Source of the DNA: Octopus bimaculoides
Lineage: Eukaryota
Assembly (NCBI RefSeq): GCF_001194135.2
Contig: NC_068984.1
Coordinates: 118,619,346 to 118,683,345 of the forward strand
Reading direction: 5' to 3'
DNA: 64,000 nucleotides
How positions within the stretch are numbered: position 1 is the stretch's first letter; each line of letters starts with the position of its first letter. A program made the position numbers and the translations under genes. Below the pieces are notes generated by a model. The model did not search any database and was not told the origin of the DNA. It was given only the letters and a program-made list of their open reading frames with translations. Shown here one piece after another: positions 1 to 12,225 of the stretch.

Positions 1-132
1 CTTTGTGACAGAAAAGTAACTTGTAACCACAGTTCGTCCATAAAATGGATAATTCAGCATGGGTAAGGGAATCAAAGTTGCTAGAAAATCTGTCTCACAC
101 ACACACACACACACACACACAAATATCATTAA

Positions 133-363
133 GGCGCCGAGCTGGCAGAAACGTCAGCACGCCGGGCAAAATGCTTAGCAGTATTTCGTCAGCCACTATG
201 TTCTGAGTTCAAAATCCGCTGAGGTCAACTTTGCCTTTCATCCTTTTGGGGTCGATTAAATAAGTACCAGTTATGCACTGGGGTCGATATAATCGACTTA
301 ATTCGTTTGTCTGTCCTTGTTTGTCCCCTCTGTGTGTAGCCCCTTGTGGGTAGTAAAGAAATA
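133..363 (+). mobile_element. tRNA-derived SINE, family A
   Basis: A-box/B-box-like head (gagctggcagaa...gagttcaaaatcc), core ctttgcctttcatcctt..ggggtcgat..aataagtaccagt and tail gtaaagaaata. More than 15 copies occur in the window. Confidence 0.85.
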
Positions 364-370
364 ACAAATA

Positions 371-650
371 TCATTTTGCATCTGCTTTCCATGCTGGCAT
401 GCGTTGGATTCTTTGACAGGATCTGACAGAGTCTACACCTGGCTCAAACATCTTTTTTGGTATGGTTTCTATGGTTGGATGCCCTTCCTAACATCAACCA
501 CTTTACAGCATGTACTAGAGTGCATTTTCTCATGATATCAACAAAAGAGAAGTTGTTATGGCTCTTGGCAAGACTAAAGGGTCCCCTGAATCCTGAATTG
601 TCTCTGCTCAATTCACCAACCACTAGGTGCTTTTACCATGGCACCAGTAC
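371..650 (-). mobile_element. RTE-tail SINE/LINE 3' end, family D
   Basis: Reverse complement of ...ttaggaagggcatcc...aacccatgccagcatggaaa..gatg tail, shared with copies at 6020-6245, 13625-13985, 28850-29125, 47275-47460 and others. Confidence 0.75.
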
Positions 651-965
651 TAATGAGGTCACCTCCTGATACACAAGACTAAAGAACTCCTGCAAATGAA
701 AGGGAGGAAAGGAAACAGAATGGTGACGCTATGTGAGATGTTGAGAAAAAGTTAAATTATGATGGAACGAATAGATAACTGTGAGGGGGTGGTTGTGAAG
801 AAAATAACAGAGGAGATAGTGTTGGGAAGGGGAGGAATTTTGGCAGGAGTTAATGAGAAAGACAGTGATATGGTTTATGGGGTGGGTTGAGTAAGAAGTA
901 TGCACTACTTTATCTAAGAAGATAGAGATGGTGGGGACAAGTGTGTGTGTGTGAGAGATATGATA

Positions 966-1811
966 TATGTGGTCTGATCAATAAGTATCCGGACTGCTGC
1001 CATACTAATGAAGGTAAAGCTTGCAGAGTGAAGCTGCTTGCAACAGGTTGACCTTGAACTCTGCTGTGCATGCACACTGAGTTTTAACATTTTAGTTCAC
1101 TTTCGCTGTTTACAGCAGTGCTTGGAAGGAACGTGATCATCACATTGACTATGACAGAGAAAGTTGAGTAGTGAATCTGCATCAAATTTTGCCAAAAGTT
1201 TGGCGATACCTGCTCAGAGGCCTAAGCAAAGTTTTCAAAAAGTTTTCATCATTCTCAACACAGTCAAGATCTTGTGCAACTGAAACCCAAGTGTTTTTTG
1301 GTCGCAGTTTGGGCACTAATTTGGCAGACATGCATTAAATACACAAATCTTCAGTGTTAATGGACTGAACTGAACCGTAACTAATCTGCACATCCTCTGA
1401 TAACGCATGGATGGTGATTCGATGATTTCCCCTCACTGCTGCATGCACATCTGCAATGTTTTTCTCAGTTCTACTGGTTGCAGGTCTTCCAGAACGTTCG
1501 TCAATATCGACATTTTTTCGGCCATCTTGGAAACTACTCATGCACTTGTGTGCGGCTCATACACTCCTCTCCATACACTTTCTGTAACTTGCGTAGGCCT
1601 CTGATAAGGTATTGCCATGACAACTTTCTCTGTCATGGTCAAAGTGATGATCACATGCTACACACGTTCCTTCCAAGCTCTGCTGTAAACAGCAGAAGTG
1701 AGTTAGAACAATTGAGTCTAAGGCCAATCTGTGCCAAACAGCTTCACTTTGTGTGCTTTAGCTTCGTTATTATGGCAACAGTCTGGATACTTATCGAACA
1801 GACCTCTTATA
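966..1811. mobile_element. Non-autonomous mariner derivative with long inverted arms
   Basis: TIR ggtctgatcaataagtatccggac versus gtctggatacttatcgaacagacc, flanked by TA. The minus strand encodes a mariner N-terminal HTH remnant (DERSGRPATSRTEKNIADVHAAVRGNHRITIHALSEDVQISYGSVQSI). Confidence 0.88.
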
Positions 1812-2414
1812 TATATATCATATATAACACACACTGATCAGGTACAACCCTTTCAAGGAGATTCAAAAGACTCATAGGCAAATCAGCTGAGGGTTGGTCT
1901 TAATAAAGACAAGCTGTCATATTTTCCAGTTTAAGTTTCTTGACATACCTCTACAAATAAGATTCCATGTAGTTTCTTATTTGGTCAGATTTTGTCTGCT
2001 AAATAATGACTGAAAATGTTGAGTGAGAGCCTCTTAAGACTATTACTGATACTCCCGTGAAAAGAGAATTTTTTTTTCTCTGATATCCCTTAAGAGTTCA
2101 ATCCCAAACCTTAGAAATTTTATGGGGTGATCATAAATTATAATAAAAAAATTATCACTGTTTTCATACTTCTGCTGCTCCTATTCGTTTGCTGTGTCAT
2201 CACTGGTGAGGTGTAATGGAAGTTTCAATGCATTACTAGCTGGTTTACTTCCAGGCAGTAGAGTGACAATGATGTCTAAAGATCTATCACAGCAATTTTC
2301 CCATGTTTCCTTACTTCAGGTAAAGAAGTAGGTTTATCAGGAAGATTTCTCCTCCTCTTCCAGGCACATAAAGAATATTAGACATAGACAACATACACAA
2401 AAATAGCTGAATAT

Positions 2415-2418
<4 letters not shown>

Positions 2419-2460
<42 letters not shown>
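2419..2460. repeat. (TA)n microsatellite (one of many TA/CA/GA/TATG tracts)
   Basis: Direct inspection. Similar tracts occur at 3349-3392, 7006-7092, 7681-7740, 25495-25640, 36590-36645, 52620-52715 and 61892-61970. Confidence 0.95.
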
Positions 2461-2463
<3 letters not shown>

Positions 2464-2778
2464 ACACACAATACCAAAATAAAGACAGCCTTTATCATGA
2501 AGATATCTGCAGTGTAGTTATCAAAAACCAAAGAGTATAACAATATTTTGTTTTAATATGTCTACTTTGTATTATCATATTAATTTGAACAAACATATTT
2601 TATGCGTGTGGCTAGCACTTGATGTATACATGTCAGCAACATCATCTTCTTCCTACTTACACACACAATATCTTTTTTTTTGTATACAATATCTTTTTCT
2701 GTGTGAACAATTTCATTAAAAAATCAATTTCTCTTTCACTTTCTCTTTCCTTACCCGTGTCATTTTTCTCCCTCCCCA

Positions 2779-2809
<31 letters not shown>

Positions 2810-3344
2810 TCATATCTCTTATTTTGACAATCAATCTGTGATCATCTGTCTTTGTTTGTCTTCCTGATCTCAATGATAATTCAGCCAACTGAGCTGTATG
2901 CACACTTGCACACATAAGAAGGACATCTAGCTGTAGAAACCATATCAAAGTGGACATTAGTGCATGACACAAACCTACGACTTGTCAGACCCTGTCAAAC
3001 CATCTAACCCATGCCAGCATGGAAACTGGGTGTTAAATTATGATGTTGATGATGATACATAATACTGATACACATACACAAAAACATACATCATTTGTTA
3101 AACCAAGCAGCAGCAGTGACTACAGCTTCTAGTTTGATGCGAAGATGGCATAGGGGTTAGTTCAGAGAAGCAGCCTGCTATAGTAGTGCGGTTGAGGAGA
3201 GAGAGAGCTATCCAATGGTAGCTTAGTTGTTCGAGAATGTTAATGGATAAATGTTTCATAATTGTATGCAGTGTGTGTGGGTGCATTATTTTTCAAGGCT
3301 TTCTTCAATGCTTGCAATTCTGTCAAAAAAATTAATATAAATAA

Positions 3345-3396
<52 letters not shown>

Positions 3397-4149
3397 TATA
3401 AATCCATATCCTTCTTCTGACAAGTCTTTTTGTATGGATATGACAGAAGTAGCTTTACAACAACTCATTTCCAGTAGTTACTAGCGTTAATAGTTCTCAT
3501 CTGATTACATTAGCTTTGTATAATAAAAGAAAATTGGTAAAATTATCAAGCTTTAGTAACATTCCAGCAGCAAATGTTATTCTACTATTTAGATTAAGTC
3601 AGCTTGGCACTAATCAATACCACCTCACCGTTATAAATACTACTAAGATTAGTGAAAGTAAGCTACACATTTTATATTTATTATTGTTTTGCTGCAATAT
3701 GCTCCAAGACAATTTATTATCTGACACCTATATTTTTTCTTCTTAAGCTATTCTGCTGGCAACAGAACTTCAGTTAGACATTGTAAATATAGTGTGCATC
3801 TGTTTGGCAAGGTTTTAATTACTCTACACTTTTCTTAATCTTTAGCCCCATTTTTCATTACTAGCCTGAGTTGACTGAATCAAGACAGACTTATTCCATT
3901 ACTAGATGCATCTGAGTTTAAAATGATAATTTTAAACATAGGTCACAATATTAAATTTAAGGCCACAGTATTGATGTTACAGCAAGAAATTATTTATCAA
4001 TGAAAAAATGTAGAAGAAAAATAAAGTCAGGAGCTTAAGTATTTTAATTTTTAATAATGGTTTCTTATTGAATAAAGCCTGAAGACTCTTTTAGTTGTTG
4101 TTTAGTGTTAGGTCAACCTAGTTCAAGCAGATCACTGATTAATGCTTTT

Positions 4150-4367
4150 TTTAACAAATTTCTCTTGAAACACATTGCCTTTGTTTTAATTAATTTTGAA
4201 AATAATGAAGAATTTAGTAAATTAAATGTCAACATTAAGCTGGTGTTTGGTACATAAATTAACATGGAATTTTAATGGAAGGTTTTAATTTAGATCACAT
4301 TAAGACAAGACACTTGTATCTTAGTAACAGGGGGTGGTTTCATATAAATTGGTATTTAAAGAGTTAA
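4150..4367 (-). mobile_element. piggyBac-type MITE, family J (degenerate)
   Basis: Reverse complement of the family-J body (ccatcaaaatttcatgttaatttatgttccaaacaccagc), ending ...gagTTAA. Confidence 0.65.
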
Positions 4368-5339
4368 AAGTATTCCTATCATATCAGTCTGGGTTTTGTT
4401 TCTTCAGACATCATCTATCTAGATTAATCTATCCTTCTTTTTCTTAAAATGATAGGGTGTGATAAGAAGGATATGTACCTACTACTTCTAACTGACTGAG
4501 TGATCATGTAAAAGTCCCTTATTGGTTCATGAATTCTAAAGAAGTTTGCGAAAGTGAAGTGGGAAGTTGTATTACCATAACCAAAATAAATATGCTTACA
4601 AATATCCAATTGACAATACAAAATCAGGCTACTTACTCTTTTCAGTAGAAACATCATGGCATATTTTGGAATCCACTATACTTCAACAATTATAACAACA
4701 TTCCCAAAATGCAATAATATAGTAATGGTACATGTAATGTAAAAATGTTCTAAACATGTGACTAATTGGGTTTTCTAATTAGGTTTACCTTTGACATTTA
4801 CTTTAGCACACAACTGCAGTAATTATCAAATTATATCAGTCATTGAGCTGACGACCACATTGTCACACAAAACTATGCAACAATTGTTTCTTAATATAGA
4901 CACAAGGTTTCTGATTTATAAAGAAAAGGAAATGAGGTGTGAAACAAAATAACATTCAGCAGGTGACATAATGAAATATAATGAGACAGTATATCATAAA
5001 TAGGATTTGTAGTACAATATCATACATTATGGTGACTCATAAAGAAAGCCACAAGGCTTTATAGAGTATCAACATCATCATCGTCATTTTAATGTCCACT
5101 TTTCATGCTTGCATGGGCCAGGCAGAATTCACTGAGGTATATTTTCTATGGCTGCATGTCCTTCCTATTGCTAAACCTCATGTTTCTAAGCAAGGTAATA
5201 TTTTTCCTGTAGCCGGACATGTTTATGCGGGAGACTGGAAATGAAAAACACCACATGCATGTTGGTAACCCTCTTTTTACAACCATCATGCAATGTCAAA
5301 GACAAGGTGCACACACACACACACACACATACATATACA

Positions 5340-5700
5340 ATGGGCATCTTCCAGTTTCTGTTTACTGAATCCACTCACAAGGCATTGGGTAGACTAGAGC
5401 CACAGAGGAAAACACTTGTCCAAGATGCCATGCAGTAGGATTAAATCCAAAATCATGCAGTCAGGTGGTTAACTTCTCAATCACGCTGCTACACCTGCAC
5501 CTATGTATGTATGTACACATGCACATCCACACATACATATGATAAGTTGCTGATGCATTTCTTTTTACCAAATTCCACTCACGAGGTATTGGTCAATCTG
5601 TGACTGTAGAAGACATTTGCTTAATGTGCCATGCAGCAGGAATGAACCCGGACTCATGTGCTTGCAAGCAAAATTTGTAATCTCACAGCCATACCTGTGT
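5340..5700 (-). mobile_element. Two tandem tRNA-derived SINEs, family B
   Basis: Two reverse copies of ggctgtg.ggt.agaag.ttgc...accttgggcaagtgtcttctac...gtggatttggtag, separated by a (CA/TA) tract. Confidence 0.7.
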
Positions 5701-5734
5701 CTGAATAGACACACATGCCCCCACCCCCACCTGT

Positions 5735-6245
5735 TGTATGAAGAGATGCCAATGCATATGAATGAAGATGATTGCATCAAGAGGTGCCGATCCCTGATTG
5801 TGGAGGGAACACGTGGAAGGGGTAGACCCAGGAAGATGTGGGACGAAGTGGTGAGAAAGGATCTACAGACGTTGGAACTCAGAGAGGAGATGACAGGGGA
5901 CTGAGACTCCTGGCAGTTTGCTGTGCTTGAAGACATGTAAAGCTAAGTAAAAACACAGTTGTCCTCGCATACAGGCTTGTCTCCTGTAACCCCTGCCACC
6001 TGAGCATCCCTAATCTTGTGGACTCATAGGTGCTGGTGCCACATAAAAAGCACCCATGCCGGTGCTGCACAAAAGCACCCAGTATACTCTGTAAAGTGGT
6101 TGGCATTAGGAAGGGTATCCAGCTGTAGAAACTATACTAAAACAGACAGGGAGCTTGAACAGCCCTTCAGCTGGTCAGCTCCTGTCAAACCATCCAACCC
6201 ATTCCAGCATGGAAAATGGACACTAAATGATGAGGATATATGATG
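5735..6245 (+). mobile_element. RTE-clade LINE 3' end (C-terminus of RT ORF, 3' UTR, (GAT)n tail)
   Basis: Translates to MHMNEDDCIKRCRSLIVEGTRGRGRPRKMWDEVVRKDLQTL, the typical RTE C-terminal GRGRPRK.W motif, followed by the family-D tail. Confidence 0.85.
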
Positions 6246-6274
6246 ATATATATATATATGTGTGGGTATGTGTT

Positions 6275-6505
6275 ATTTCTTTACTACCCAAAAGGGGGCT
6301 ACACACAGAGGGGACAAACAAGGACAGACAAACGGATTAAGTTGACTATATCGACCCCAGTGCATAACTGGTACTTATTTAATCGACCCCGAGAGGATGA
6401 AAGGCAAAGTTGACCTCGGCGGAATTTGAACTCAGAACGTAGCGGCAGATGAAATACCGCCAAGCATTTCGCCTGGCGTGCTAACATTTCTGCCAGCTCA
6501 CCGCC
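6275..6505 (-). mobile_element. tRNA-derived SINE, family A
   Basis: Near-complete reverse complement of 133-363. Confidence 0.85.
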
Positions 6506-7027
6506 ATAAGTGTGGGTATGTGTATGTGTTTATCTATGTCTGTGTATGCAATTATGTTTGACACAACAGTATCGGTTAAAACAAGACGCATGTTGTGTAA
6601 AAATGGTTGATAATCATTTGACAAAATATAATACCAGATAGATATAGGTATTGTGGGTTGATATGATTAACTAAAAATCCTATAAACAATTTTTTAGCAT
6701 GGCTGCGGTTAAATGGCCAAACCAAATAAAAAGAGTGTCGTCGTTGTTGTCGTCGTCATCAGCCATTTTCCATGTTGGCATAAGTTAGACAGTTTGAAAG
6801 GATCTGACAAGCTAGAACACTGTGCCAAGCTCCAATACCAACATCAGCTTTGGCATGTTTTCAACAGCTGCATGTGCTTCCTAATGCAATCACCTTTCAG
6901 TGCGTACTGGGTTCTTTGTCTTGTGTAACCAGCACTTGTGAGGTTGTGAAGTAAGAAGCAAGACAGACAAAAGAAGAGTAAAGAGAAAACACCGCCCCAT
7001 GACTAAGAGAGAGAGAGAGAGAGAGAG

Positions 7028-7082
<55 letters not shown>

Positions 7083-7676
7083 AAGAGAGAGAGATTATTG
7101 GGAAGTTTCTTAAGTTTTGTGGCTGGAATCCATGCAACAGAAATGCATGTTCATCTAATAAAATTTGGTTGCTAACTTGAATTAGACTACAAACAGGCTC
7201 CATGCTATCTACATGTGTTTGTATGTATTAGAACAGCTATGCAATTTATACTATGCTGCCAAATTATAGCAACATGCTTGCATGAAATTCTGCAAATTTG
7301 TTATTGATGCACTTTTGTGTAACTTATTTATAAATACTTTGATGTTATAAATAACTGCTTGTCCATCTTTTATTTTATCTTTATTTTCATTAGCTCTACC
7401 AGTGTGTTTCCCATAGTCAGCTTTTGTTTACCTGAATTATGTCTCCCATGATTTAATGTTGGAATTTAGGAATTCAACCACTAATCTACACTCTTTGATG
7501 TGCTTGTATGCATTGCATGAGTCCATATATGCATGTGTGTGTGTGTGTGTGTGTATGTGTGTGTGTATTTGAGACATATTTGAACCTGTAAGAAACACAT
7601 TCACTGTATTTTGTCATGGAGAAATTTTCTGTAATGGGTTCAAATATGACTGAAGCATATTTAAATTAGTAGCAAG

Positions 7677-7715
<39 letters not shown>

Positions 7716-7741
7716 GCACACACACACACACACACACACAA

Positions 7742-8600
7742 ATATCTGAAAGTTTGAAAACATAGCTGAAGTGCAAAGACAATTCAGGAGGGAGTTTCAA
7801 AACAAATCCATTAACATGACAGAATTAGACATAAGTTTGAAGCAGATGGAAGTGTTCAGAATGTCCGCAAGAAATGTTCCAGAAGACTGCAGACACTGAT
7901 AAGCCCCACAAAGCAAGAAAGGGAGTTAAAAGCATATTGTTGGGGTTCAAGAAAATGTGTGCAACAAGTGCATCATGAGATAGAAATTTCAAAATCATGT
8001 ATCCACCACCATTTTGAAATATTGTCATTGGACAATTACATTCCAAGAATAAGCCATACTCGCAATGAAGATGATCCAGACTGAAAAGCTGAGTTTTGTG
8101 AGTGGTACTGTGAAAGATGTATAGAATATGCAAACTTTCCAATAAAGGCTGTTTGGAGAGATGAGGCTACATTTATATTAAATGGCTCAATTGTTTACCA
8201 CAATTGCACCTACTGGGGACCAGAGAATACATACATTAAGAAGGAACATTCTGTTAATTTACCAAGAGTTACAGTATGGTGCAGCTTATTAAAAGGATTA
8301 ATTGGACCATTCTTTTTGACAGTACCTATGACTGATCCCTTTTACTTGAACTTGCTGCTAGAACCTGTCATACCCAGGAGTCTTATTTCCAGCAAGATAG
8401 GGCACACCCATACTACCATTGTAATGTAAGTCTCTACTTTGATAAAATTTTTCCAAACAAGTGGAATGAATGAAGTGGTTCAGTAGAATAACCTCTGCTT
8501 TTATCAGATCTCACACCACTAAATTTTTTTCTTTATGGGGATACTTAAAGTTAATGGTACAAAACCAACAATAGTCAACATATTGAGGACACCCAGTGTA
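7742..8600 (+). mobile_element. Tc1/mariner transposase fossil (DD41D-type spacing)
   Basis: Degenerate frames give [51 protein letters not shown] and SDLTPLNFF. A TIR-like end gaggacacccagtgta lies at about 8585-8600. Confidence 0.88.
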
Positions 8601-9299
8601 CAAGAATGCACACACATACTGAATGAAATGTTTCTTGGTGCATGTGATTCTATTGCTTTGCATTATCAGCAATGCCTGGACCACAACAGTCAATAGTTTG
8701 AAAACAGATGTTCATAAAAATATTGAATCCTGTGTGTAGATTCTATTAAATTTTGAAAATGAAATGTAGTCTAATATAAACACAGGCTTTATAATCATGC
8801 AATGTGTGTATAGATATTTTTTAGGAAACCTTGTATAAAGCTCTTATATAAGCAAATACTCATTTCATGCAAGCATGAAAACTACCCAAAATACACATGC
8901 ACACACACACACACAGGGCTTCCATGAAATTTCCATCAACCAAATTTCACACACAAAGACACTGATCAGTATCAGACTATAGTAGAAGGCATCTGTCCAA
9001 TGGGCTGCCCAGGAGTGGGTTAGAACTTAAAATCATATGGTTGCTAAGCAAACTTTATAACCATACAGCCATAATAATAGTTTCTAATACAGTTACAAAG
9101 CCAGAAATTTGCGAGAAGAGATAGTTGATCATATTGACCACAGTACTCAACTGATACTTATTTTACTGCCCTTAAAAGGATAAAAGGTAAAGGTGACCGT
9201 AACAAGGTTTGAACACAGATGGTGAAGAGGCATAATTAAATACCACAAGACATTTAGTTCAACATTCTAACAATGATACCAATCTATTACCCTAACAAT

Positions 9300-9985
9300 A
9301 ATGACAAGAATATATTTGCAGAATAAAAAAGATCCTAAAATCCAAACTGAATGCAGGAAACATCATCCAAGCAATCAACTCCAGCGAAGCATTGCAAATA
9401 AGGAATGGGGCAAGAATTATTGAATGGGGAAAAGATGAGCTAAAGGACATTAACAGGGAAGTAAAGACCTTAATTGATTGGAAGTGTTATCATGTACATT
9501 GTTTTGTCTTCGTAGAAAAGATATTCTGCTCAATACCACAGATTTCCTTGTCAGTTGCTTGACCGTAGCCAGTTGAGCATGTCCCTTAGTGGCTGATGAT
9601 ATGGGCATTTCTGATCATGAGCAGAAGTAGTGGGAGAGCATCATAGCCATGTCTTGAGAGGAATTCTTTGGAGTTTGGATAATTCACCTTTGGAAACATG
9701 GGTGTTTTGTTTAACATCCTTAAACAACCCTTATTCAGGGACCTTTTGAACTGGATGGGCTACTCAACCTAAAGAAAATTCTAAATGGGCCCCACCTGCA
9801 AGGTCATGCACAGTTTATCTTAATATAAAATCACCATGTCGCGCACATATGGTTGTGATGCATGTGCCTGATGTACCCTTATCAGACGGGTAGTCATGAT
9901 GGGTATACTGGGCTTCATATATTTTACCCCAATGTCACTTTGATGGCATGCACTGCTCTCTCACTCAATAATAATAATAATAATA
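9300..9985 (+). mobile_element. R4/Dong-like non-LTR retrotransposon fragment plus 3' UTR with (TAA)n tail
   Basis: 9315-9480 translates to RIKKILKSKLNAGNIIQAINSSEALQIRNGARIIEWGKDELKDINREVK. A 3' UTR-like segment follows and ends ctctcactcaataataataataa. Confidence 0.65.
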
Positions 9986-11067
9986 ACGACAAGAACAACA
10001 TGATAATCTTCTTTTTAGGATTATGAGACACTGGGATTCTCAGGAGAGGAGAATACAATTTTTGACATTCATGGCATTCTCAGAAGTATATTAACAATGT
10101 AACTCAACACTATAAACTAATGCAATATTTATTAATTATAACATTCCCTTCATACATACTCTCCCTAGGGTAATTACGAGTATTTGAACTATGAAACTGA
10201 AAGTTTACTGTTCGTGAGCAGTTATACAATACAGTACATGAGATGAGATATAAATCACTAACTCTGTGGCACATAAGTCAAGGTTAACAGTAATCGGTTA
10301 ACTTATTGACTTACTTTTTCTGTAAACTATTGTTAGAATTTATTCTCAGATTCAAACAGCAATGTTGGAAGAAAAATTTTACTAACTGAAGTAGGCACAT
10401 AATGACCACAGAATCTTTAATGGCTTATCAAATGCTGCATGATTTGAGCAGTATCTTATTTATGCATATTGCAAGAAATTTTCTTCTCAAGAAACTAATT
10501 GATGTTACATAATTGTGTGTGAGTTTAAAAACAGAGATAGAAAGTGTGTGCGTTTCATTGGTTTGTATGTGTGTGTACATGTGCATGTAAGTGTGTGTGA
10601 GGTTGGTTGCATATTTATGTTCTATTTAGTATGTGTAAATTATTTTATCTATTACATTGAAATCTGCATCTGTGATATAACATGACATGTCATTAAATAA
10701 ATGAGACAAATATACAAGTGGTTCCTTTAATTAAGACATTTAAATTTCATGATAAAATATGACAGTTTTACAGTTAACTTCTGCAAGGGAATCACAAAAC
10801 AAGAAACGATCAAATATTCAAGTGAGTTGTCAAGGAATCTTCAAGGATTTTTAAGAAATAGAGTGTATGCTGAAAACAATGGCTGACATATCACTGATAA
10901 GCAATAAAAAAATTGTGAAATTTGCTTTTATGGAAGGTTAGAGGAAGGAGCAAGCTGAATGAATAAATGAGTGAATTAATAAGTGTGAATGAAGAGGAGG
11001 TTAGTGACAGAGAACTACAGTGAGCTGAGGATAAATGCACACAGACAATAATGGGGTACAAGACTAC

Positions 11068-11106
11068 CTTGGATTCAGTGCTGTCCTTTGAATCCTTCAT
11101 TACAAT
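11068..11106 (-). CDS. MCTP: Probable 39-nt MCTP micro-exon: IVMKDSKDSTESK
   Basis: Long polypyrimidine tract ending catcctggcag; donor AAG|gtagtc is weak. It is phase 0/0, and only the frame continuing from DKEN is open (the other two frames hit stops). Confidence 0.55.
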
Positions 11107-11446
11107 CTGCCAGGATGAAAAAATAAAAATGAAAATAAAAACAAAAATTTAAATTTAAAAAAAAAACAACAAAGAAGGTCTGTAACTGTTTGATTCTGCT
11201 TGTATGTATATTTTATTTTTGCCATGAAGCTAAATATAATCCCATACAAAACAAAAAAAAAAACAGAAAAATCAAAATAAATTTCTTACAGAAATGATTT
11301 CTGGAAATCAGTATAAGATTTGCAAACAAAAGAAAAAAAAAAAGAATTTTTGGGGGTAGATTTTCTCTTCAGATTTTCAAACAAAGTGGGGGAAAAATAG
11401 ACTATATCCATCCATCCATTCACCTACCCCACCCCCACATACATAC

Positions 11447-11600
11447 AGGTGCAGGCATGGCTATGTGGTAAGAAGCTTGCTTCCCAACCACATGGTTCCA
11501 GGTTTAGTCCCACTGTGTGACATCTTGGGTAAGTATCTTCTGTTATAATTTTGAGCCAACCAAAGCCTTGTGAGATGGAAATTGAAAGAAGCCTGTTATG
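11447..11600 (+). mobile_element. SINE family B
   Basis: ggtgcaggcatggctatgtggtaagaagcttgcttcccaaccacatggttccaggtt...ccaaagccttgtgag...gaaagaagcc. Confidence 0.75.
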
Positions 11601-11709
11601 TATGTATGTATATACATGGCACCTTATTCAAGGAACCATGTAGTTGGTAAGCAAGCTACTTACCACATAGCCATGCGTATAGCTCTTATATAAATACTGT
11701 ACATATTGA

Positions 11710-11915
11710 TTTCAAATTTTGGCACAAGGCCAGCAAGTTCAGGGAAGTGGGTTAGTCAAATACATCAACCCCAGTGTTCAACTGGTACTTATTTTATCAA
11801 CACCAAAAGGATGAAAGGCAAAGTCAACCTTGGCAGAATTTGAACTGGGAACATGAAGATGGACAAAATGCTGCCAAGCATTTTGCTTATTATGCTAACA
11901 ATTTTGCCAGCTTAA
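11710..11915 (-). mobile_element. SINE family A variant
   Basis: ccccagtgttcaactggtacttatttt...ggatgaaaggcaaagtcaaccttggcagaatttgaact. Confidence 0.75.
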
Positions 11916-12034
11916 ATATTGTGTATATTAAATGATATTTATCTCTCACTGGATGGAGTACATTTTTTGTGGATCCTGCTTATAATGGAACATTCAACAG
12001 TAAATGTATATGTGTATTTGTTTGTGCTTGGTCC

Positions 12035-12225
12035 TCACCACTTGATAACCAGTGTTGGTTTGTTTACATCTCCATAATTTAGCTGAATTTGCAATGATAG
12101 AATAAATATCAGACTAATAAATAAGTACCAAGTATTGGGACTAATTTGTTTAACTAGACCTTTCAAAGTGATGCCCCAGCAAGGCCACAGTCCAATGACG
12201 GAAATAAATGAGAGGATAAAGAATA
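12035..12225 (+). mobile_element. SINE family C
   Basis: ccacttgataaccagtgttggtttgtttacat...gccccagcaaggccacagtccaatgac; reverse complement of the 12975-13160 copy. Confidence 0.7.

Noticed and set aside
2316-2357. 42-nt phase-0 candidate RRRNLPDKPTSLPE ending at gtaagg
   Set aside because: The acceptor is purine-rich (ctggaag) and there is no homology support.
4637-4680. gtaagt donor at 4636 with a short open upstream frame
   Set aside because: No convincing acceptor and no MCTP similarity.
1-11067. Expected MCTP C2B exon (W..IV...L.EG...D.NG.SDPYVKF)
   Set aside because: Searched by eye on the minus strand and not found; it is presumably left of the window.
11289-11299. 11-nt tttccag|AAATCATTTCT|gtaaga candidate micro-exon
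   Set aside because: It would frameshift into a stop in the following 39-nt exon; probably chance.
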